The notes beneath the pieces are model-generated. The model saw only the letters and a program-made list of their open reading frames with translations. It ran no database searches and was not told the origin of the DNA. This document shows positions 1 to 6,437 of a stretch of 22,523 nt of DNA, one piece after another. Both the position numbers and the translations under genes were made by a program. Within the stretch, counting starts at the first letter, position 1; each line of letters opens with the position of its first letter. This stretch comes from Promethearchaeota archaeon (GTDB lineage Archaea; Asgardarchaeota; Lokiarchaeia; Sigyniarchaeales; SOKP01). The stretch spans positions 1-22,523 of the forward strand of contig JAEOTS010000052.1 in the NCBI GenBank assembly GCA_016839745.1, read 5' to 3'.

Positions 1-631
1 GAAATAATGGTAAAATAAGCATAAACCTAAAGTATTCTTTGGCATTTATAAAATCCCTTATCATTTCAGCATTTCTTCTAATGTTAAAATGAGTTTGTAA
101 TACACCTTTTGGAAAACCGGTAGTCCCCGATGTATAGAGTATAGCAGCATAGTCTTCTCTTTCATCAATAGTGACTTCTGGAGGGGCTTTGGATGAAGCT
201 TTTTCCATTAATTCCTCATAATTTAAAGTCCCTTCAATAGATTCTCCAATTACAATTATATGCTTAAGTTCGGGAAGATCCACCTTTATCTGATTAACAA
301 GTTCCATGAACTGAGGAATTGTGACAATCGCCTTGGCTTCTGAATGCCCCACTACAAATTTTACTTCTCTAGGTTTAAATAGTGCATTCACAGGGCCAGT
401 GGTTGCTCCTATTTTAGGAATTCCTAAATATAAATATACGTATTCAGGCATATTGGGCAAATAAACACTTACTTTATCTCCTTTTCTAATACCTAGGTCA
501 TATAAAAAATTTGCAACTTTGTTTGTCAATTCTTCCAATTGAGTATATGATACCGTGATATCTTTCCAATATAAAAACACCTTATCCTTATACTTTTCAG
601 CCTGACTTACAACTAATTCTCTAAGATTCAT
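1..631 (-). CDS. Long-chain fatty-acid/acyl-CoA ligase (AMP-binding, ANL superfamily), 5' part; runs off the window's left edge
   Basis: Not in the ORF track. Manual translation from ATG at 631 gives MNLRELVVSQAEKYKDKVFLYW...GIRKGDKVSVYLPNMPEY...AILYTSGTTGFPKGVLQTH...LILPLF, open to base 2. It contains the AMP-binding P-loop YTSGTTGxPKG. Confidence 0.93.
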   Translation of the reverse strand, partial: MNLRELVVSQAEKYKDKVFLYWKDITVSYTQLEELTNKVANFLYDLGIRKGDKVSVYLPNMPEYVYLYLGIPKIGATTGPVNALFKPREVKFVVGHSEAKAIVTIPQFMELVNQIKVDLPELKHIIVIGESIEGTLNYEELMEKASSKAPPEVTIDEREDYAAILYTSGTTGFPKGVLQTHFNIRRNAEMIRDFINAKEYFRFMLILPLF

Positions 632-698
632 ATTTATTTTCTCTTTTGTTTTTAATTTTGTTAATATGAATTTAAACAAACAACAATATATTTTCTAC

Positions 699-710
699 TA
701 TATAAATTTT
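699..710 (-). promoter_or_regulatory. Candidate archaeal BRE/TATA box for the CoA ligase gene
   Basis: Minus strand reads AAAATTTATATA about 70 nt upstream of the ATG at 631. The AT-rich background makes this uncertain. Confidence 0.35.
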
Positions 711-780
711 ACATTATTTCTCAAAAGGTTTTAAAGATTTAATAAAGAGAAAAAGAAGATTTAGAAAAAAATGAATTAGT

Positions 781-1656
781 CTATCTTCGATATTGGACCA
801 TAAAAGCAACTAACTCAGAATTTTGTTTTAAAACCTTAAATTGATCGTTCTTTATTTTATCTTCCGCTAACTTTACAAGTTCTTTGTGATCTAATTCATT
901 TTCACCAAATTCATCTTGGAGAACTGGCAAAAATTCACAAATTTGATTTAACTCTACAACCCTTCCTCTATACTTTTTCTTTGCTAATTCACTTGCGAGA
1001 AACACATAAGCTGGTGAAATAAACTCAGGTGGGATAGTAATAGGCATTTGCTGACCCCACTTTCTCAAATCCTCAGCAAATTTAGTTTCAACTCCCGCAG
1101 GTGTTAGGACGTTAACAATTATATTGTATGGCTTTAATTCTAAATTCAGACATTTTCCCATTGCTGAAATGGCAGCCTTAGACGCAGAATATGCCACCTT
1201 TTTAGGGGGAAAATAAATATTTCCTTGTACTGAAGCAGTCATAACTATATTTCCGCTTTTTTGTTCAATCATTTTAGGAACAACTTCTTTTACCATAGCG
1301 TAATAGCTCATGATATTAAGATTAAACATCTTTTGAGCCATTTCTATTGGATAATCTATTATAGAAGCAACTTGAGTCATGCCCGCATTGTTGATTAAAA
1401 TATCAATAGTATTAAACGTCTTAAAGAATACCTTAGCACAATTACTAACACCTTCTAAAGTTGATAAATCTGCAGGAATTGATAACCCTTTTACGCCAAA
1501 TAGTTCGATATCTTCAACAGTTTTATTTAATTCAGATTCAGTTCGAGCTGCAATTGCTACATTGGCACCATTTCTTGCTAGATCTAACGCAACAGCTCTT
1601 CCAATACCACGTCCACCCCCAGTTATTAAAGCGTTTTTTCCTTCCAATAATTTCAT
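781..1656 (-). CDS. Classical short-chain dehydrogenase/reductase (FabG-like), probably NADP(H)-preferring, with C-terminal extension
   Basis: TGGGRGIG, NNAG, catalytic S...YSASK. Basic residues in GRGIG and AART suggest NADP(H). SD-like AGGTGA at 1663-1668. Confidence 0.92.
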   Translation of the reverse strand: MKLLEGKNALITGGGRGIGRAVALDLARNGANVAIAARTESELNKTVEDIELFGVKGLSIPADLSTLEGVSNCAKVFFKTFNTIDILINNAGMTQVASIIDYPIEMAQKMFNLNIMSYYAMVKEVVPKMIEQKSGNIVMTASVQGNIYFPPKKVAYSASKAAISAMGKCLNLELKPYNIIVNVLTPAGVETKFAEDLRKWGQQMPITIPPEFISPAYVFLASELAKKKYRGRVVELNQICEFLPVLQDEFGENELDHKELVKLAEDKIKNDQFKVLKQNSELVAFMVQYRR

Positions 1657-1672
1657 AATTTTTCACCTAATT

Positions 1673-1717
1673 TTAGATAACGATACCGCGACCTTCACCA
1701 GTTACTAATGCATTCTT
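1673..1717 (-). pseudogene. 15-codon relic of an SDR N-terminus (KNALVTGEGRGIVI*)
   Basis: Minus strand reads AAG AAT GCA TTA GTA ACT GGT GAA GGT CGC GGT ATC GTT ATC TAA. It matches the neighbour's KNALITGGGRGIG at protein level with mostly different synonymous codons, and has no canonical in-frame start. Confidence 0.7.
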
Positions 1718-1740
1718 ATTTAAGTAAATAACTTAAATAA
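1716..1740. promoter_or_regulatory. Perfect 10-bp inverted repeat (TTATTTAAGT-N5-ACTTAAATAA), candidate operator in the SDR/BKACE divergent region
   Basis: Read directly from the sequence; function inferred from position. Confidence 0.45.
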
Positions 1741-1802
1741 TAAGCAAAAAAAAGATAAATTAAAATCATACTCTACTCTTTTTAAAAATTAAAAATAAAA
1801 TC

Positions 1803-1824
1803 TTTATTTGAACTTTCAAATAAA
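1803..1824. promoter_or_regulatory. Perfect 10-bp inverted repeat (TTTATTTGAA-CT-TTCAAATAAA) 12 nt upstream of the BKACE start, candidate operator
   Basis: Read directly from the sequence; function inferred from position. Confidence 0.45.
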
Positions 1825-1836
1825 ATGTGAACAGAA

Positions 1837-2727
1837 ATGTATAAATCAAATCCAGAAAGTAAGTTAGTTATTACAGCAGCATTAGCTGGTTCATTTCCAT
1901 CCAAGAAAAATAATCCTAATGTTCCATATACCCCAGAGGAATTTGGAGATGAAGCAAAAAGATGTTATGATGCTGGTGCTGCAATTGCCCATGTTCATGC
2001 TCGAGATCCAGAAACAGGCTATCCAACACATGAGTTAGATTTAATAAAGGCAATATTAGAGAATATTAAATCAAAAGCTCCCGACTTAATAATCAACTTA
2101 ACTACATCAATTGGTGCAGATGAACAACGAATAGCCCCTGTTCAAACATACAAACCACCTTTAGCTTCCCTAAATACAGCGTCTATGAATTATGCAGTTG
2201 GCAATTTTAAAACTGGTAAAGTTCTATGGGGAGCAGAAAATATATTTGCAAATACTTTTGAAACAATTTTAGAATTTGCAAAAGAGATGAAAGAAGTAGG
2301 GACCAAACCAGAGATGGAAATTTATGACTTAGGCGGTTTGTATAACATGCTTTTCTTAAACAGACAAGAAGGTACTTTTACGCAACCTCTTCATCTTCAA
2401 TTTGTATGGGGCGTGCTCGGAGGAATTCCATTCACTCCAAAGAACCTCGTATTATTACTCGACTTAATACCTCCAGATGCTAGTTGGAGCGTATGTGGTG
2501 TTGCTAAGCAACAATTTCAAGCAGGATTATGTGCTGCGGCGTTGGGAGGTCATATTCGCGTTGGTTTAGAGGATAATACACGCGTTGTAACAGGTGAACT
2601 AGCTAAAGGAAGTTGGGAGCAAGTTGCATGGGCTAAAAGAGTAGCTGAGGATGCAGGACGAGAGGTTGCACAAGGCGAAGAGGCAAGAAAAATTTTTCAT
2701 CTGAAAAAAGAACATGTCATGCTTTAA
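1837..2727 (+). CDS. Beta-keto acid cleavage enzyme family protein (BKACE/DUF849, Kce-like)
   Basis: PNVPYTPEE, Zn-binding HVHARD, KPEMEIYD, QFVWGVLGG and GGHIRVGLEDN motifs of the 3-keto-5-aminohexanoate cleavage enzyme family. Confidence 0.93.
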   Translation: MYKSNPESKLVITAALAGSFPSKKNNPNVPYTPEEFGDEAKRCYDAGAAIAHVHARDPETGYPTHELDLIKAILENIKSKAPDLIINLTTSIGADEQRIAPVQTYKPPLASLNTASMNYAVGNFKTGKVLWGAENIFANTFETILEFAKEMKEVGTKPEMEIYDLGGLYNMLFLNRQEGTFTQPLHLQFVWGVLGGIPFTPKNLVLLLDLIPPDASWSVCGVAKQQFQAGLCAAALGGHIRVGLEDNTRVVTGELAKGSWEQVAWAKRVAEDAGREVAQGEEARKIFHLKKEHVML

Positions 2728-2770
2728 AAAAGTCAATTTAAGCTAACCATCAATTAATTTAATTATATCC

Positions 2771-2815
2771 TTATTTTTATTTTTAGAAAATAGATAACAA
2801 AAAAAAAAATAAAAA
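2771..2815. terminator. Bidirectional T-tract terminator region between convergent BKACE and DUF35 genes
   Basis: TTATTTTTATTTTT on the + strand (2771-2784) and an A11 run at 2799-2809 (T11 on the minus strand). Confidence 0.5.
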
Positions 2816-2829
2816 TTAAATTTAAAATT

Positions 2830-3303
2830 CTATTCCCAATAAAGAATGTCTTTAAGGGTTCCTTCTCTGCTACCTTTTGATTTAAAGATTGCTTTTACTT
2901 TGGTACCGAGAAAATCCTTGCTGAAATCATTTGTATTAATGATACCTAAAAGTGCACCGTCAGTATTATCAATATCAATAAAAGCAACAACTTTAGGATT
3001 TTCCAATTTTTTACCGTGAGCATTTAATGTAGCGATTGTATAAAGTTTGATTGTACCAGATGAAGGAACTTCAATCCAATCACTTTCTATTATCTCTTCA
3101 AAACAATCTTCGCAGTACATTCTTGGAGGAAATAACACTTTATTACACTTAGAGCATTTGGTAGCTAAAAAAGTATCATTTTCCATAATATGTTTGAAGA
3201 ATTTATCACCAGCAATTCCACTCGGATAGAAGTAATCTGCTTGCATATCACCTCTCCAATGCATTGGAGTGGTAGGATCGGTTTGCTTTTCTAAGTATCC
3301 CAT
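2830..3303 (-). CDS. DUF35 Zn-ribbon/OB-fold protein (thiolase/aldolase partner)
   Basis: CSKC...PPRMYCEDC Zn ribbon followed by an OB fold. TAATG overlap with the upstream DUF35 gene. Confidence 0.9.
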   Translation of the reverse strand: MGYLEKQTDPTTPMHWRGDMQADYFYPSGIAGDKFFKHIMENDTFLATKCSKCNKVLFPPRMYCEDCFEEIIESDWIEVPSSGTIKLYTIATLNAHGKKLENPKVVAFIDIDNTDGALLGIINTNDFSKDFLGTKVKAIFKSKGSREGTLKDILYWE

Positions 3304-3836
3304 TAATCTCCACCTCCCTTTAAAGGTTTAAAGTATTTAATATCAGTAATAGACCCTTCTCTTTCATTTTCAGGTTTCCATACTGCTTTAACTTTCATAC
3401 CTATTTTAATTTCGTCTTTTGTCATTTCTCCGAAATAGTGCATAAAACCATGCTGTGGAGATGCGCCATCAATTGAAACTACCCCTACTAGTATTGGATC
3501 TTCAATTCTTCGAGCATCTGGGTCCAAATATGAAATTGAGAATGTTTCAATCACTCCAGTATCCTTTAATTCAACCCATTCATCTGTTGGACCGTAGCAA
3601 TATTCACAGAACATTCTAGGAGGTACGATGACTCTTTTACATCTCTTGCAATGTATACCTAAGATTTTACCTGCTTTTAATCCTTGAACAAATTTGCTCA
3701 TTGCATGCCCTAAACTCCAACTATACTGCACTTCAGGTTCCCACCAAGTGTAAGTAATTTTCTTATCGCGAATATCACTTTCTCTTATGTGAGTTCCGGG
3801 AGCATAAGGCGGCCAACTTTTCTTCTCTTTTGTCAC
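3303..3836 (-). CDS. DUF35 Zn-ribbon/OB-fold protein (thiolase/aldolase partner)
   Basis: CKRC...PPRMFCEYC, GVIETFS, IGMKVKAVWK, GSITDIKYF. GTG start preceded by AGGAGG. Confidence 0.9.
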   Translation of the reverse strand: MTKEKKSWPPYAPGTHIRESDIRDKKITYTWWEPEVQYSWSLGHAMSKFVQGLKAGKILGIHCKRCKRVIVPPRMFCEYCYGPTDEWVELKDTGVIETFSISYLDPDARRIEDPILVGVVSIDGASPQHGFMHYFGEMTKDEIKIGMKVKAVWKPENEREGSITDIKYFKPLKGGGD

Positions 3837-3840
3837 TTTT

Positions 3841-5004
3841 TTATCCCCTCCTTAAAACCATTACTGTTGCCATTTGCATAATATCACCCCACGCTTGTCC
3901 CACACCGACTCTTGGGTCTCCAGGGATTTGTCTCTTCCCTGCCTTTCCAGCGAGTTGCCAATATAATTCGCATACTTTTTGACCCATTGTCGCGGCGATA
4001 GGATTACCTACTCCTAAAAGCCCTCCCGAAGGACAGATAGGCATATCTCCATCTCTTTGGGTGACTCCCTCTCTTGTAAGAATTGGAGCTTCACCTTTTT
4101 TACACAATAACAATCCTTCCATATGGTGTAATTCCTTATAATCAAATGGATCATAAGGTTCTGCAAAATCAATTTCTTTTGGTGGATTGACTATTCCTGC
4201 CTTTTTATATGCCATTTTAGCTGCTTGAGCAACATATCTCGGAAAATAAAGATCTCTATTTGTCCACATTGTACTGTCAATACTCCATCCTGTTCCGGCA
4301 ACATAAATCGGATCGTCTGTAAATTTATGAACTACATCTTTACTGCAGAAGATCAATGCTGCAGCACCATCACTGGGTGGGCTGATATCTAACCTCTGCA
4401 CTGGCCAAGCCATCATTTCAGAGTTTAAAACATCATCGACAGTGATATTTGGGTCTGCCAATTGAGCACAAGGATGTCCTACTGCGTTTCTTTTATTCTT
4501 AACAGCTACCCGGGCGATATCTTCCTTTTTTATGTTATGGACAGTCATGTATCTATTCATTTCCATAGCAAAAAGCCACACAAGATTAGGAGTAAGTGGT
4601 CTATCAAGCACAGGATCCCATATATGTCTAAACGCTGTTTGAGGATGTGGATAACAATTGCCCATTTTTTCTTCAGCTACAACTAAACATACATCGGCAA
4701 CTCCACTTGCTACATGCCACCAACCTGCAATAGGAGCAAAAACACCAGTTCCACCTCCATTAAAAACTCGAACATATGGTTTACCAGTTGCGGCCGAACC
4801 GTCGATTAAATTTTCTCCTTTCATATGGATTCCATCAAAAGCATCAGGTGCACTCCCCATAACTACCATATCTATATCATCTTTTTGAATGCCAGCCTCT
4901 TCCATTGCCATCTTAGTCGCCAAAAAGGATAATTCCTTCCCGGTTTCTTTTAAGTGACGACGGAAAAGCGTCATACCGGCACCAATAACTGCTACTTCTT
5001 TCAT
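3841..5004 (-). CDS. Thiolase-fold (SCP2-thiolase type) protein lacking canonical catalytic Cys/His; Ltp3-like putative aldolase subunit
   Basis: Start reassigned to ATG at 5004 (MKEVAVIGAG, SD AGGAGG upstream). Motifs GSAPDAFDG, EEKM, SDGAAA, AEPYDPF, PSGGLLGVGNPI. The nucleophile region reads NGGGTG and GHP is replaced by GNP. Confidence 0.88.
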   Translation of the reverse strand: MKEVAVIGAGMTLFRRHLKETGKELSFLATKMAMEEAGIQKDDIDMVVMGSAPDAFDGIHMKGENLIDGSAATGKPYVRVFNGGGTGVFAPIAGWWHVASGVADVCLVVAEEKMGNCYPHPQTAFRHIWDPVLDRPLTPNLVWLFAMEMNRYMTVHNIKKEDIARVAVKNKRNAVGHPCAQLADPNITVDDVLNSEMMAWPVQRLDISPPSDGAAALIFCSKDVVHKFTDDPIYVAGTGWSIDSTMWTNRDLYFPRYVAQAAKMAYKKAGIVNPPKEIDFAEPYDPFDYKELHHMEGLLLCKKGEAPILTREGVTQRDGDMPICPSGGLLGVGNPIAATMGQKVCELYWQLAGKAGKRQIPGDPRVGVGQAWGDIMQMATVMVLRRG

Positions 5005-5009
5005 CTTTT

Positions 5010-6260
5010 TTATCCCCTCCTGAATATTGCTACAGCTCCACTTCCTGACGGAATTCCGCGCCAAGCTTGAGCAAGTCCTACTTCTGCATCTTTTACTTGT
5101 CTTTTAGCAGCGTGTCCTCGTAATTGTTGAATAATTTCTAACGCCTTTTGCATTCCTGTTGCTTCAAGACAGTTACCAACTCCTAATGAACCTCCAGATG
5201 TATTGGTAGGAAGTGATCCTCCCACTTCTAATGCTCCTTCCTCTAATAACATAGCAGCCTCACCCTCTCGAGCAAGTCCTACTGCTTCAAGGTGTTGAAG
5301 CTCTTTGTAAGAGAATCTATCATCCAATTCAACAACATCAATTTCCTTTCTCGGTTCTTTAATATCTGCCATCTTATATGCCATTTTTGCTGCCTTTGTA
5401 GCGTAATCAGCATTCATTCCTCTTGTACTTAGCCAAGGTGTCTCAGAACTCCATCCAAAACCATCGAGATATATTGGTTCAATTCCCAATTTCTTTGCTG
5501 TTTTATCATCAGCAAGTACAAAGCATACAGCACCATCTACATTGGGACTAATATCTAGTTTTTTAAGTGGTTTAAAAAGATATTCTGATTCCATCACGTC
5601 TTCAGTTGTTATTTTAGATTCATAATCTGCATACGGATTAAAGAACGCATTCTTTTTGTTTTTTACAACTACCGCAGCACACTGTTCTTCAGTTGTACCA
5701 GTTTTCCTTAAATAATGCTGCATTTCTAATCCCGCTAAGAAATAAGGGTGTATTCGTTCTTTCTCATTTGAAGAACCTATAAATGGTTTAGGTGCTTCTG
5801 GAGTGTATTCTGGACTTCCTCCATAATTCGGTCTCTTTGCAGGTCCTGAGATTGGTCTGTCAAATAAAGGATCAAATGCATGAAGCATAATATCTCCGTA
5901 AGTTAATAAATCAGAGATTTTACTATGCACTTCTACCGACACAATATCGAAATATTCAGTCATAATTTGCATGTAAGCGTTTCCAAGGCCATATAATCCA
6001 TCACCACATACGGTACAACAAGGTCGTAATAATGCTCCAACTTGATCTGGTACAAATTCATCAAATATACTAAATCCTTCCCAGTAATCCTCAGCACATG
6101 TTATAAAACTACCAACATCTTTTCTCGGATCGATCCCTGCATCCACGTAAGCCTTATTACATGCCTCATACATAATATCCTTCCATTGCATATCTGGTGT
6201 CATTGAATTGAAATCTGTATGTCCAACTCCAATAACACATACTTTTCGACTCATATTCAT
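5010..6260 (-). CDS. Second thiolase-fold protein (degenerate, putative structural partner subunit of an Ltp3/Ltp4-like pair)
   Basis: VCVIGVG, EDYWEG, VDGAVCFVLA, VELDDRFSYKELQHLEA, TSGGSLGVGNC. The start could be 6260 or 6254. Confidence 0.88.
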   Translation of the reverse strand: MNMSRKVCVIGVGHTDFNSMTPDMQWKDIMYEACNKAYVDAGIDPRKDVGSFITCAEDYWEGFSIFDEFVPDQVGALLRPCCTVCGDGLYGLGNAYMQIMTEYFDIVSVEVHSKISDLLTYGDIMLHAFDPLFDRPISGPAKRPNYGGSPEYTPEAPKPFIGSSNEKERIHPYFLAGLEMQHYLRKTGTTEEQCAAVVVKNKKNAFFNPYADYESKITTEDVMESEYLFKPLKKLDISPNVDGAVCFVLADDKTAKKLGIEPIYLDGFGWSSETPWLSTRGMNADYATKAAKMAYKMADIKEPRKEIDVVELDDRFSYKELQHLEAVGLAREGEAAMLLEEGALEVGGSLPTNTSGGSLGVGNCLEATGMQKALEIIQQLRGHAAKRQVKDAEVGLAQAWRGIPSGSGAVAIFRRG

Positions 6261-6437
6261 CCAATTTTTTATTTTTATTTAAAATCGATTCATTTTTTCA
6301 AATAGATTCAATACTTTATAATTACGTCCAATTACGATTAAAATATTACTAAAATTATATGAAAAGTGAGAATGGGAAATTTATCCCTATACGAATGAAA
6401 ACAAAATTTTAAAACTTCTTGAAAGTAGTGATATATT

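Noticed and set aside
5005-5064. ORF-track N-terminal extension MARNSVRKWSCSNIQEGIKK of the thiolase-like gene
   Set aside because: It overlaps the upstream gene. The ATG at 5004 has an AGGAGG SD and starts at the family-typical VAVIGAG strand.
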